Source: Styela clava (taxonomy: Eukaryota). From it: a stretch of DNA of 64,000 nt. How positions within the stretch are numbered: position 1 is the first letter of the stretch; the number at the start of each line of letters is the position of its first letter. Below are positions 23,936 through 38,873 of this stretch, piece by piece. Under the pieces are notes generated by a model. The model was not told where the DNA came from, ran no database searches, and worked only from the letters and a program-made list of their open reading frames with translations. The translations under genes and the position numbers were made by a program. Where the stretch lies: the NCBI RefSeq assembly GCF_964204865.1, contig NC_135257.1, forward strand, positions 13,950,001 through 14,014,000. The letters are read 5' to 3'.

Positions 23936-26900
23936 GCCTTAAACAAACGGTACACAAAATCATCGCTAATGTACGTTCTCGTCGACCAAAAGGCCATAAT
24001 TTGAGGAATCTTATCAGGTAAGGTTATCGGTGAAATATGATGAAAGCTTGTGGGTATATTTATTATACCTCTTTCTTGTGTGACAAAAATACAGCCTCTT
24101 CAACTGGTATTCTATATTCTATGACGTATATTATGGATTTTAATTGACAATATGGGGTAATATATATACCTTACGATAGGCTTGCGGAGACCCACAACGT
24201 TCCTCATTCAGACACACCTGTCAAAACATTTCATTTTTTTTTATAAGCAGAGTGAAATTGAATTAAAATCATAACATATAACATTAGGTTTCTTGAATTT
24301 GCATACCCTGTAATAAAGTTTATCCCTCTTTGTGTATGTTTTATCAAAATTAAAGTGAAAGAGTATTTAACACACGGGGCGAATAAATATAAATCAATTA
24401 AATGAAGTGCTCTAAGCAGTTTTGCAATTTTTCTTTCGAAAAAAATCAATTAATGCTTATTTTCAATTTGAGGGAAAATTTAAATTAATCAAATTATTTT
24501 TCAACTCTTTGTAATGAATGCAGATAAATGGGCGTTATATAGTAAGATATTTGATATATAGTCAGTCATTAAAATCCATACCTATGACTTGCAGGGGGTG
24601 ATATGGCATTTTTGTAATTTTTCAAGGATGCTCAAAAAAGCCATTCAATTGGATGTCACAATTGTTTTAACATTGTATTTAAAAATTGAGTTTTTAAATG
24701 TATTGAGTACTACTGCTTAACATGCCGGTGTATAGAATTGTGCTTGCGTCAGACAATTTATCTCAATATTACACCGACCCTCTGCATTATGCTTATTTAT
24801 CATTGTAAATCTGGGTGATAAATAAGCATATGTGCGTTAAAACGAAGTTCATCTGATAAACCAAAGCAAATCGGTAAAAGTCACTTCTTGTATTGGATGT
24901 TAATGTGATAGTTTTTTCAACTATTTTTTCCCCCGGATCAGTTATGAATGACTGATACATGACGCCTCGAGAGGGCGGGCTTTCTCTATTGATCAAGCGT
25001 ATTCGTAGATAAAATTTCACATAATTTGTTGGAAAAAAATCACAAAACTGTCACCGCAACGAGTGTATTGTTGACAAACAAACAAATCATTTTTATTAGT
25101 TCATGTTTTGACAAACTGATCAAGCTGTTGCAGCACCACCAGGTACAATCTGATAAAGTGTTTAATATGGGGTGTGTTAGTTTCGTACACAGTGTATATT
25201 TATGCAATATTAAAATTGATAACAATAATCAGGTTGTTTATGACTTTAGTTTTATACTGTTTATTCGGCTATTATCACTTACTCTTAAGAAAAATTGTTA
25301 TTTTTCTGCAATGCTTTTTTTGTAACTTTAAAACTATTTCGCTGAAAATTATATTTGTCTCCACATGCTACGATTCAGTTGGTAGGGATCCAAGGTATAA
25401 TATTGCGTTAAAATCTGGAAAATGATTATTATTTTCTCAACCTATGTTCTGTCTCAAAATGCCCCACAACGATTCTATTTAAAATCAGTCCAGTTGTTTT
25501 TACTCCCGAATACTAAATTTGATTCAATGTTTATAATTCTGTATCAAATAACATGATGTAGTCAATAATGCAAACAAGCAAAAATTCCTTCTATTGCACA
25601 AAACTTGTCTATTTTATTATAATGACACAATCAGTTCATTACGTCGTAGATTTTAATTGTATTTTCTATTAGTATGTTGGTCATGTTTATAATATTGAAC
25701 CACATCTATTGTTTCGTCCAACTTTATTTGCCATACTGTTAAAGTGTAAACTGTATTGAAATATTGCAAAAGACGACACCATCTGTCAGGCAATTTTATT
25801 ACTCTCGATTAAAATGAAACTCTATCTTCTGTTTGTCTTCATTTTCGTAACGTAGAGTAAATATTATATAAAAATGACTCACAAAAACTAGACGGTGAAT
25901 CCATGTCTAATTTATTCCAAATTTTGTAATATACTTATCATTTGCTCCCGACGTAAGGTCCCCAAGGGAGGTAATCGAGACTGGACGACGCCGCGGGAAA
26001 CGTTGAGGTTTAGCGAATTACGCATTTATAAATAGTTGTCGCCAACGGAATTAACCATATTGATCTCATCATGTCTTCAGTAAGACGAACAACTTTGAAG
26101 TGTCAACCAAGGGCGGATTGATCTCAAATCAAGGATTCTTGACGCATAGAATTTTAATTAAGAATGTTTGATATAGGAGAACCATCCCACGTTCAAAAGG
26201 TCTCCGGCACATTTTTTCACGTTGTCCTCAAAGGTTGGCATGAGATCCTGGATTGCAACAGTTACTGATGGCGTGTGCATGAAAAATACCATCGGTATAA
26301 AATTATACGTTTTGTAATACCAACATCGATAAAGCAGATTCAATACTTTTAAAAATTACCCAAAGCATAGCTAGAACAGAAAATAAAAGTATAAATGACC
26401 AGATTACACTACGAAAGTAAACATCGTACTAAATTTTGTTTAAATTAAATAAATGTAACCAAGTTTTTCCTAACATTGTTGCCAATTGTATTTTTGACTA
26501 TACGATAAAAATATAGCTCTTATCAATTATAAACATAACACTTGTTCAAACCATTTGCTACAAAACGAAAATACAAAATGTTGTTAAACACGGAAGATAT
26601 TTTATCAGTAATTTTCTTAACAAATTGTAAAATATGTTGACTGGGTGCTGTCCAAAAGAGATGGTACAAGAATACAGCATACCGACAAACCGGTAACATT
26701 GAATCAAATGTAATCACAGACCGGGAATTACGTATTGAAATGAATGGAATAGAGAATAAAAACCTACATATGAGTTTGGCACAGTCTATGCATCTAAAAC
26801 AAAAAGGATACAGATACAGTTTGATGGGGTTTCGGCAGAAGCAAAAGATCTGAAAAACGCATGTATTTCGTTAAGGTTATTTTCTCCCTAATTATGATTC

Positions 26901-29088
26901 TGGAATGACTATACAACTAGAAAATGTGCAGAAACTGCACTATCTTGCTCTGTAAGAAAACTTATAGGATTGATAGTTTACTACACTACATTCTCGTAGA
27001 CGAGTGACGAACTCAACTGTCCCATTGTGGTTTTGGAACTATAATATATAAAAGACAAGTTGAAACGCTGTTATCTGCAGCTGCATTGCAATTTTCGATT
27101 ATGTCATAGATTCTTAATCTGACAACTTTTTCTCGGACCAGCAGAAAACTACGCGTACTGATAAATAGAAACACTATTTAGTGGGTTTGAGTGGTTGAAT
27201 TGTACTCAAATTAAAATTATTGAGCAGTAAAATATACTTGAGTATTTGATTATTTGTTTTATTTTTATGTTTTATAACAACGGTCAATTTCACCAGTGTC
27301 AATGTTTTACCGTATTGTACTTAAGCTTTATAAAGTATATTCAAAAATTTTGTTTTGAAATACCTGGCCTCAAAATCACAACTGTGACTAAGCGGTGGCA
27401 GAAACCAAAATAAATGGAAACCAAAGTAAGCGTGAAATTTACAAAATATCCTTATATCTTTTCACTTTTGTGGATAAACAAATACGTCAAAAGGTAGAAA
27501 ACACTTCCGGTTGACGTGGATATTTTGCTGGTTGTTTTGTTGCTCTAATTATATAGGCATCGGAAGCTGAGATTTTTCTTTTATTCAATTGCAAGATTTT
27601 TATAATAGTCATTTCAATATTTCATTCGCAAGCGGGAGACGCAAGTGAGCTTCGTGTTGAATTTTTTTTTACCTCCCCCCTCCCCACACATTTTTGCCTC
27701 TTGCCACTAGCCTTCAGTTACGTTGCCTCTTTTCTTATGTGTTGTTTTTGAAAAACATGTGTTTGATATTCCCAAAAGTAAAATTGCTAATCGCCTTTAC
27801 TGCGACGTTCTTGTGTCACCATTAGGTTATATCTGTTAATTAAATATATTTTGCTTTTTCCTAGCTATAAAAACAGTATGATATATTTAGAACGTTTTGT
27901 TATTAGGGTCACGTACTACTGAATAATATTGATGACTTAATCGCTTGAGGTCAATTCTGGGTGAGGATCAAGCAATTAATCGGGTCACGATAAAGGTAAC
28001 TGCTAGGTTAATGTTATTGACGTAAGGCGGACGCGAGCGACACGCGACGAAACAACTCAAATGTTGCGTGTCGCACTTCACCAAGACCATTGCTTACAAT
28101 GTGAACAATAGAAATGGTTACAACAACACGTGGCATTTTCATTTATCACACACGAAAACCAGACCACAGATATTCAGATTGTCATTTCCAACATCGATGA
28201 CTCTTATTATTAGTCTTGTGATGAAATTCATCTTCTGAACACTGTAAGCAGTTTTCATTCAACAAAATTCAATAAATTCTCAATAACTCAAAACGTGGCA
28301 AGCGCAATTTGAGGTACTTAAAAAATGTGGGGTAGGTGTTTTCTCCGATCTGACATTTTTGCATTTGTCGCGGGGTCTTTCTACAAAAGATCCTAATGTT
28401 TTATATAAAAATTGTCTCTAAACAAAATGTATTATATAATTTTTATTTTTACTCTAATTTTTGGTTTCGTATCATTCTTCGTGCACTACTCATTTTTGTC
28501 ATGTTGACGAAACGTCAAAATTAAAAACTCTCGTTTAATTCAACTTCAGCTTCATCTCGTCAAAAATTGCAAAGTTGTTATCACGCTCAAAACAACAAAT
28601 ATAAATTTAATTATTCATTATTCTTAAGTTCTCCAATAGTTTTACCAAACTAATATACAATAAACATAATGAAGTAGAATACTGCAAATGCAAGCATTAA
28701 AGAGAGAGGAGTTTGCTATATTTCAAGTCTATTATGTCAACTTAGTTGGTTTTAAACTTCATATAAGAACACCTAATCAGCTTGTCTAAGTAATTAGGAA
28801 GCTTAAACAATTGATAGGATAAAAGTTTGCCCTACTTGAATTTATGCAAATTATTTTAATTGAAAATAGGGGCAAATGAATTATACATGTGTGAGTTGTG
28901 TCAAAAAACGTGTGAAACAACAACACAATTAATATCTCGAAGTCATCTAAGTGTCAACTATAAATATTAAAACGTTGTCAAGTACAACACCGTGTAGAAG
29001 CAAATAATGAGAAAAAAGAAACGAACTTGCATGACATACACCTCAATAAAAATTAAAAAAAAAACTAGCGTAATAGGTCAAATTATTT

Positions 29089-29303
29089 GGTACTCCCGGA
29101 GTGTGTGTACCAGGTTAGGGTCAGGCCTTAATTTTATTCGATTTTACTTATTTTAGTTCTGTTACGAGTTCGGGGACTGTCTGTGTTAGCCAAGTGAATA
29201 TACCCCCTGCCCATATAAGTTTCAGTTCTTTTACATAACTTGATGTAAATGCGGCGAACAAAATTAGTTAACTCCATATTGGTACACACACTTCTGGAGC
29301 GCC
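29089..29303. mobile_element. 215-bp MITE with 24-bp imperfect TIRs and perfect 8-bp TSD
   Basis: The left end ggtactcccggagtgtgtgtacca matches the reverse complement of the right end, ggcgctccagaagtgtgtgtacca, at 20/24. TSD aattattt at 29081-29088 and 29304-29311; internal ggttagggtcagg. Confidence 0.88.
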
Positions 29304-29944
29304 AATTATTTCACATGTTTTTTGTTCTCGATATGAGCTAAAGTAAAGTGAAATCAATTGCATGCATATGATTTAAATCTATATGAAAGTTGAAAGTAGA
29401 TCTTGACGGAGATTTTTATGATTCAAAAGTTAGACGAAATCGTGAATATAAATAAATTAGTAACATTACCTCAATATTTGTTGATAAAAATTTAGATAAA
29501 TTTATATTGATATTATATATATGAATATATAGGAATGACAATTTCACAATAAAACTGAAAAATCTATTGTTTTCTGAATGCAATATTTTTTACACACAAA
29601 AATCGGGTTGTGAAGAGCAGTCGTTATTTTATCGCTATCAATTTTATTTGATGTTTGGTGTTAAAAGTATTTATAAAAATTACTTACTAAATAAGCAATC
29701 ATATAAATCAAAATAATTAAAAATCTATTTAGACAAAAAAGGTTGCAATTGAAATTTTTGTTTCGTGGTATTGATAATTGAAGCTCGGTCCACCATATTA
29801 GGAAAGATTTATTGCACTTAGGTATATTATAATTGTTATTGGTAAAAACAAAGTATAGGACGGTTTAGCAGCCAGATAAGCTAATGGCTCATTCTGTCAA
29901 ACAATAATTAATTAGTAATAATTAATTCTGTTAAACAATAATTT

Positions 29945-30172
29945 GTGAAGAAAATGAAATAAAAAAAATAGGTTATTGAAAAATGAAAATGAACAGAATT
30001 ATAAACAGAAAAAATGAATCAAATTTATTTAAGAATAAAAACAAGACAAAAGTAGGAAAGAAGTTGGATAAAATAAGAGACAATTGAGCACTAAGTAAGA
30101 GAAGAGAGGAATGGAGGCATGGAAGAAGAAGATGAGAAATACAGTAAAGAACAACTAAGAAAATAGGAGTAA
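29945..30172 (+). repeat. Purine (A/G)-rich low-complexity tract
   Basis: Strong A/G skew on the plus strand, which explains the F/L-rich spurious ORF 29973-30197. Confidence 0.55.
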
Positions 30173-33100
30173 GATTTTTGAACGTGTCAAGATGCATTAA
30201 TAAGTAGTAGACTAAGTTTAAAATTTTCTTATTCCAATTGTTGTTTGAGAATCAAATTTTCTGTATGCACTTTCTTCTGAGTGCATATATATGTCGCGAT
30301 AATAATCGTCGTGTGTTTATATCTTGAGGCATTGTGGTAAAATAAATCTATTTATTTGATGATCGAAGGATTAGACGCGAGAACACATAAATATTTAGAG
30401 TTGGATAATTTCATTCAGGCAATCTACCACTTCATTAGGAAATATTTTACTATGATTGTAATCAGCAATACGTGGAATCACGCTATATTTAATATCTGGT
30501 GGTCTTCATTAGTCTTTACAACTGTGATGCATAACTTTCGCTTTCACTTACTCGATAGAATTAAGTTAATATAAGGCATTAAATAAATATAAAGCAAAGA
30601 ATTTGAATAAAAAATTCAAATTTATCAATTAATTGTTCAATTTAGCCTTGAATGGTTTTTTGACATGGAAGTTAATTGCAGACGATAAAAGTACATATCT
30701 GAACATTTTACATATTGGTGTTTCACTGAAGTTTCATCGACCACAGGAGCTTATAGGCTCTATGTTACAGAACTTACTGTTTGTAGTGGTAAATAGTATA
30801 TGACTGTAAATTACTAAATGGTCTCCAATCATTTGCATTCAATCTTTACCAGGTCCCAGGCTGCATGTAGAAGTTCAAGGCGTCCTCCCACGTTTGACGT
30901 GAAATTAAAAGCTCATGATATTCTTTCTATATCTTTGTTTAGAAAAACACTCTCATTGCATTTGCACCAGTGGAAATGTGAAAGAAAGGGAGCTAACTGC
31001 GATGTATTGCGTTTAGTTCCTGAGTATGTATGTCGAAATTTCGTTATCAATTCGTTTTCACTTTGTATTATCTACTTAATAATTTTGAAATACTTAACAA
31101 TGAAGAAGGTAACAGTTGCGTACAGAAGTTTTATTGGAGTATCAAAATGCGAAGGACTGAATGTTAAAATTGAGATATTTGTAATCAGATTAAAAGGCAA
31201 TATCTTCTGAGTATCAATAAACAACACTCAAAACTCCCATGTCAGAGAACCACACGAACATTCTAATCTTTTCCCCATAATAAGTTATTTATTCCTCCAT
31301 TTTGTATGCGGTTGAGTCGTCTACGTCTTTCTGGTACAACCAGGTCGAAACAGCTGAATATTGTGTAGCGATGACACTGCGATATCCCAACTTCTTTTCA
31401 ATAGACAAGTCTATTAAACATTTATAAATATTGCAGACGTCGGGAATTCTTCCTGGTCGCCCGTATGACCCTACCCTGACGCTGTGGATTATTATAAATA
31501 CTTTCCAACACTTGTTTCAGATATATATTTAGACCTCGAGTAACCGGCTCCTTTCTTCAATGAACGACTAGAGTTGTTACTGAGATCTTAGTTTTATACG
31601 CCATCTAGTGATGAACTTTAACCCCGATTATGAGTCTATTTTTCCAAAACCTGTTAACTCCGTTTTGAGTAGAACGAAAACGCACCAAGAAAATAATATT
31701 CAACTAATACTTCGAGAATATGGCATGTCGGATAGCTGATTGGTAGATGACCTACGTTGGTGTGGCTTCTGTGTGCGTAGTAGTAAATGTGCTAATTAGT
31801 TTCAACACGTTCATCAAATTTCATGCTTCACGACAAATCTAAAATTTACAACGCCGACCTCTGTGCCTCATTGATGACTTCAACGCCTGAGAACCAAAGA
31901 TTTCGCACTATGTCTTGACCTGCCATAGAACGTAACCTCGTATTGATTGATGTTTGCGTTCATAAGTGCAAGTCACTCATTAAATTTTCGACCGCAAACC
32001 TCAAATCCCGGGTGTCAAGATTACTCGCGACGTCGCGGAGCCTCCGTGACTTCCCATGGGAAGATTTTAACTAGATGCAAACAGATATTAGCACACAAGT
32101 TTATTAGTAAGATATCGGGAATGCGAATTTTATTATCTGACTTATCGAAGCATGGTACATTATATTGAAACGTACTAATTTAGAAAATACATAAATTTGG
32201 ACCAAAGAATATAATATACAGATTATGTAATTTTTAAATTTTATAAAATCGAATACTTTTTCATGATTACTACTTACAGGCTCTAACTTTACTAACATTA
32301 CTATAGTAGTTAATCAATAATTAATTAATTAATTAATAAAAAATTTGAGTCGCCAAAATATTGCACATTGAAATTATAGTGTATGTCAGCATTAAATGGA
32401 TTGCATCATACCCACTCATTCTTGTCCCTCTGGTATTGTCTTCACAAGTACATATCAAAATATAATTACAAACAAAGTATATAGAACACGGGAGCATGTT
32501 CAAATATATGTACAGCAAGGTAATCCAATTGTTGAACAATTTTACCGAATATCATATGTACCGAATGTCGTCATATGGCGGGTGTCAAAAGTAGTAAAAA
32601 TGCTCTCAATCTTCTACTTTCTGATGAGGTGTTGCGACTTTGCTTTGAGATGAAAAATTGTTCAACACTTATTGCCGCTTATTTTAAGCACGTTTATGTC
32701 ATTACCCATTTGGAAATAAACTTTTTTTCAAGTAATTTTGATTGTTTGTTGATTTCATCAAAGTAAACTGTTTTTAACTTGAAAATATATATTTTTTAAA
32801 TTGAACTTCGCAATTTTATATTTGCGTTATATTTTTATTAAAAAAATGCACTTAAGAAAGTATAATTTTCCTATTAACCAGCATTAGCATATCTAAACTC
32901 AATCGGTTATTAAGTGTAACACTATACTGTTATACGACCTTGCGGCCAATTAACAAAAATTTTCCGACTCATTGCCTCAAAATAACGTTTCTTTATATTT
33001 TCACTTCTTTCATCTTTTCTGTCACATTTAAATTGGCGTATTTTATAACTATTCTTCAGTTCCTAAATTCATGGGTAATCAACTCATTCAATTGCCCTAA

Positions 33101-35848
33101 ATTGACGCTGGTTGTGTCACTTTGTGTGACGTCTCTTTTGTTGCTTCAAATATATCACTAAACTTTTGAAAATGTAGTCAATCCGACTGCTTAATGATAC
33201 TGTTCTGTAAATTTGATTTATTGAAATTGGTAGCCGTGCTAATTGCCAGTTGATGACACGTAGACAAATCACACAACAATATTGTGAGTCGAAAAATAAT
33301 TCTTTATTTCCTGAAATAAATAATTTTCAGCTTCATCTATATTTCTTTTGCCCAAAACAAATCTTTTGAATACTGCTTTCAAGAATCATTATGCCTAAAA
33401 ATATGAGTAGGATGAAGATGGGATTTACTCCCGCCTTTTAATCAGTTCATGATGTTTTTGAATATTCAATTTTTTATAGAATATTTCTATAAATCTGGAA
33501 TTAAAAGCCTACTATGAGTAGACTTCATTCCAACAAAAAAGTATTATTTCCTTCCATACATTACAAACCCCTCAATTCAAAATGTGACTGCTGCTTATCT
33601 GAGCTGAAAAACGTCGAAAATGTATAAATATTCGTTCGTTTTTATTCACGTCTAAATAGTATATTTACTTCAAACGTAAATGTTTACAAACAATGCCATT
33701 GCACAGTGGAAATGATTACTTAGAAAATTTGATATAATCGAATTGATATTTAGGTAAATCAGGCTCGACAAAAAGTATAGAAAGCTTCTTGTTACTATCC
33801 TGTAATTAATAACAGTTTATGCGCCTATATTTACATATATTTAATTTTTAATACGTTTTATTTCATATTTAGACTGTGATGAAATCTAAAATTCAATATC
33901 CTTGTTAAACAATGCGATTTAAACTGGAATTAACAGCTTGGAAGAACACTCAGGGGATTTCTTCAGACTTAGCGACGTCGCCATCGAATTGACTTTGACG
34001 CTGCAAATGTTCGCGCCATTTTTTCAACCCGACCGACCTATGTATTTTCATGATAAGCTTCTTTCAAGCCAGGTTTAACGATAAACCGTGGTTGTTATTT
34101 TAAATTTAAAACTATTACCGAGTATAATTGAGCTTAATTCATAGGAGAAAAATCACACAAATGTCATTTGGACCAGTTGCTAGTGATGATAGAAATTGTA
34201 CGAACTATGATAAATAAATCGGATTAAATGCATTATTGTCTGGAAGTTATTGGCACCGATGCGCTAACAATGTGCCTGCAAACGTGACGTTTCTTCTGCT
34301 TGCTTCGGAGATAATTAAATTAGTGAAGAAAAAATCTTCTCAGATTGAAGCCTATCACTACTGTATATACATATAAGTAAGCCGTTGAATTCTCATTTTT
34401 ATCAAAAATAATCTATTCATAAGCCGAATTTGTCATATTAAAGACAGACTGCCTTCGCTTTTCAGAATGGACTTTTATTGAAGTAGAATCCACGAAACTT
34501 ATATTGAGGCTATTACGCAGATTCAGTCAAAGTTAAATTTTTATTTAACCTTTTATGACACACCAAGATAAAGTAGAAGACCGAGATATTTCATTTTCCA
34601 ATATTTCCTATTTTTACGCTTTGTTATTTTCTTTATTTATACGCATATTTATTACGTTCCAGTAACAAGAGATATTCTCATCCTCCAGTACAAAACAACT
34701 GAAAAATATCATTTTATATATTTTTGTTATATATAAAACTTTGTAATGTTCAATTTTAATGCGGTCCAACCTATGTCAAATAATATGTCAATAAACGGTA
34801 ATCACACATATATGTGAAATATGCGTATATGTGAAATATATCACACCGAACTCATAAACAATTATTTATTCTAGCCAAGACAAATGGGGCAAACGATATA
34901 TTTAGTAAAAAGGCCTACACTTCAATCAAGACTTGATATAAGAATGTTGGCTTGAAATAATAGGAATAAACTGAGCTCTCCGAAACCACAGAAGTCACGA
35001 CTATGCGTGAATGTAAGAAAATCGAAAATACAGACAATGCAAAAAGTCACGCCGTTTGTGGTATGTGTCAAAAAATAAGTAGAAAATGTTAGAGTTCAAA
35101 TATTTTCGAAAACAATGCAGCGTTAACACAAATGTTTCGAGGTTTCATTATTCATCGCTTCAAAATGACTCTCATTTATCGATGCAAATGTTTAACACAC
35201 AACAATTTAGGTTTAGTATTGTAGTTTTCTTATTTTTATAATTTAAATAGGTTACAACTTGTAGGCATTCAATATATTACGGGTGTTTCACAACACAAAC
35301 TCTAATCAAACAATCGAGACCCGAAATCAATTATGCTAAAAACAATTTCATGCGTCTAGGAAGGAAAAAGAAAGCGTTTAGGACGACCGGATTAGACGTA
35401 TCATAACAACATTTTCGCGGCATGGTGTCGCGGGTCACAGAGTAACCTTGACCCTAACCCATTTTCAGCTAGAATTGACAATGACATTCCTTTGTCGTGT
35501 CGTGTTACAACCACTAAATTTTTTAACTAAAATTAACGCTTCTTGAATTTTATTGCCATGAGAAATCGACAAAAGTGTTTTTGAAGTTCATTAAGGTCGT
35601 TTCAAGCAGTTCCACTGACGACAATAGAGGTGAACGAGGTGTAGTGTTTGTTGGCATCTGTATTTAAAAACTGTATTTATTTGGTTTCACTTATAATGTC
35701 AGGTATATCGTTGTCGCGTTTTGAAATAAGCGGGGAGTTGAAAATACGGGATAACGTAAACGTAAGCTACATATGGATGAACAGAATCATTCTTCTGCCA
35801 TCAATTCAACTAAACTAACGTGCAAACGATTAGGTGACATCGCCGACA

Positions 35849-36178
35849 CTGTGCCGGAATTACCGTTGGGTAAAGCAGGCTGAAGCCTAGAGGCCTCGAG
35901 CGCTGGGGGCTTCAACATTCAATTATTTTGAACTATTATAAGCTTTTGGGCTGAAAAGGCTTGCTCCAGAATAAAACCAGTTCAAATTTCCTTCAACCAA
36001 TCAATCGATTTAAGAATCCTTGTTTCAAGTGTTTACCGTTTAAAAACTTAATATGGTCTAATAAATGAACTTAAAAAGCTTTATTAAGAGATCGATATAT
36101 AGGTAAATCTAAGAATTATTATATTTTTCACCACGTCAGACCTTGTTTGCCGTAGGCCCGTCTATAAATCCGTCCCTG
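35849..36178. mobile_element. Degenerate MITE (cagggccggatt-type ends)
   Basis: Left end ctgtgccggaatta versus right-end reverse complement cagggacggattta (10/14), with GC-rich subtermini (gcctagaggcc / cgtaggccc). No TSD is retained. Confidence 0.5.
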
Positions 36179-37524
36179 CCTACATGCTTGCATCATCGCT
36201 AAAAAAATTTGGAGTTTATTGTTATAAATAATTCTTCCAATTGTATGAAAAAGTTTTGGGGTATTCCCAAGGTCTTTTCCACTTGAAATTTCCATATTGA
36301 ATGTCTATGACTTTTATTTAGTAAACCAAGCTAAAACATTCGGCCTCCCTATGTTTAAAGTTCCCCGTGACCAGCCCGTGCCATCTCATAAACCATGAAG
36401 TTTTAATCGATGAAGACGAAGCTGTACGGCGAATCGGCAAATGCGTACGTCCCGTTCAAAACGCTTGAACGCATGTTAACATCATATCCCAAATATAAGC
36501 TAATTGCCGTGATAAGATGATAGAAATGGAGTCATGATACATTACAATTACACAAATTTTAAGAAAGAAATATGGTTTCCATGGAAAAAATTTATTTCTA
36601 TCGATTTTTCTTTTGATATACTGTTCTCGTTTTGATTAGAGATCCTGAAAAGAACCTAAAAGATGACAATTTTTAACCTAACTGGTGTGAACAGTTTTGA
36701 TTAGTTTTAAATCTTGTCCCAATATCTTTAAATCGGAAAAAACGCTATCTTCAATACCACAACGTTTTGAAACCTCATCGTTTTACTAACGTGATTTCCT
36801 ATGCCCTATAGGTTTATGATTTGAAACATCGGTCTGCTGACCAGTCCCTCAACGTACCGGACAACTGATTTCTATCTATCAGGTCGAGAAATTTGAAACC
36901 AGAATTAGCGAATCACCTTTTGCCACTGATGTTAAATTGAAGCGAACATCGGTCTGCTATATCGGCATTACGTTTCTAATAATATCGTTATGTTCTCGTT
37001 AGGAATCCCGTGTTCAATACGTTTTTGTTTATGCAGCTTCTTGTAAGACTGGGCCGAAGATGGACCGTGTTCACAGCCTCACCTTACGTGTAATTTATAA
37101 TGGGTATTTAGCATACGCCGCGTGCTTTTTAATCTGAAATACAATCAAATTCAAAATATTTTTTATAATTTTTGTAAGTGTATGTCGCCATGAAAATATA
37201 CACGCGATATTATCAGTTCTTGTAAATGGAAATTGGCGTTTGAGTTCACGCGATGCAGATGCTGTTTGCTTATATTAAATCAAAGCTTAAGGTGATGAAA
37301 GCATTGTTTTTACTAATTTCACCACAGCTTGTCAGCCTTCGTCTTCGCAAGTCGCAACGAGAATATTCAAGGTCACTGAATTTTTTTATATATGAAGTGG
37401 TTCACTTTTTTGTTAAAATGAAATCTTTGTACAGTCAAGTACACCGAATTTTTAACCCCGAAATGCATTGTTTATTACTTTCTGGGTGTTGTATTGGCCT
37501 CGCGTTGAATAATAGGGATGACTA

Positions 37525-37569
37525 GCCAGATACTCATACTTGGCCAGATACTCATTTAGTCGGATGCTC
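37525..37569 (+). repeat. Short ~18-bp-period tandem repeat
   Basis: gccagatactcat at 37525 and 37543, with a degenerate gtcggatgctc at 37559. Confidence 0.65.
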
Positions 37570-38873
37570 TGGGATCCATTTTACCCATATATTCATCGCC
37601 GCCAAACTATGTCAATAACTTTACATCTCTGGTTCGCAGTCCTAGCTAGAACATACGTCCTATGTCTGGGTAAAATTTGTTACCCAGCAAGCAAAATTAC
37701 CTTAATATGTACTTAAAAAATAGAAAATTCGAAGTTACAAATTTATGAATTCTGTCTGAAAAAAATTGATGCTTTATGATAAAAATAATATCGTTTGTAT
37801 TAAATAGATCATGTTGAATTTTACTTTATGCAAATTTCTGGAGAATCCAATGTTTATTTGAGGTCCAAACTCAGGATTATTTTACAAACCTATGAACAAT
37901 TTTCTTCTCAATTCGTCGTTAACAATATCAGAGAAGTTACCATTTATGATGTAAATATACAATTAGATTTCGAATGAGTTCAGAAATATGTATAGTAACA
38001 ACGTACATTTACGCTAATTCAATTTATATTTTCAGTGCTGCAGTGCAGAAGGTATAGCTTTTATATCATAGATAACCAAAAAGTTGTGAAATTGAGCGGT
38101 ATAACCGGAACACCGTCAAAATTAATCTGCTCATCAATGTATAAATACATTTTCAACTTAAACATTGAATGAAGCTCATGTTTCAGATGCAATCGCAGTA
38201 ATACCTTAAATATTTAAGGTAATTTATAAACGCACGTTGTGTGTTGTGGTTGCTTCTTCGTTTATTTATTTAGCAAGTGACAGATCGTATCTCTTGTTCG
38301 AGAAAGAATTGTCATCTTCAACCGAGTTCATGCGCATTTTCGTATTTATGATTCGGTTTTTGCACTCTTTTTTATATAAATTGTTTAAATCTGCTTTTAG
38401 CAGCGCTTGTCGTCTTATCTGATCATTGTAAAGTTTCAGCCATTAATGGAATTTTTTTTAGCTAGGTTATTACGAACCCGAAACAAATGCATAGCCTACA
38501 AAAAGTTTTTTTTATTACATTTCAAGCTTTGATGAAAATGTGAATTATTAACACTTATTAAGATCAATAGGATCCGTACAGTGAAATATATTTGTTTATA
38601 TTATTTATTTTCCCGTTATATGAGTTCGTTTATATTGCAACCGTCAGTATAATCCGACTTGAAGAAAAATTCAATGCGGAGTTGAGAGGGAAGGTTTTTA
38701 ACATATATATATATATCATATATTCGCGTTCGGTTATCATTTCGAAAAGAAGAAACAGTTTTAAGCTGGTTTAACTTTCCAAACGCTCACCTGATGCAGG
38801 TGGATTATGAATGCATTGACGTGGAATGTTGTGTACGGTTTGTTTAACTCTTCAGTTTATCATACCTTACTAA

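Noticed and set aside
26158-26343. 61-aa ORF or exon candidate
   Set aside because: No domain similarity and no compatible neighbouring exons found.
28037-28074. 12-bp GC-rich hairpin gcgacacgcgac...gttgcgtgtcgc
   Set aside because: The stem is too short for a pre-miRNA, and bacterial-style terminators are irrelevant here. It is probably a MITE remnant.
30818-31210. 130-aa plus-strand ORF
   Set aside because: No recognisable domain or splice context; composition is consistent with a chance ORF.
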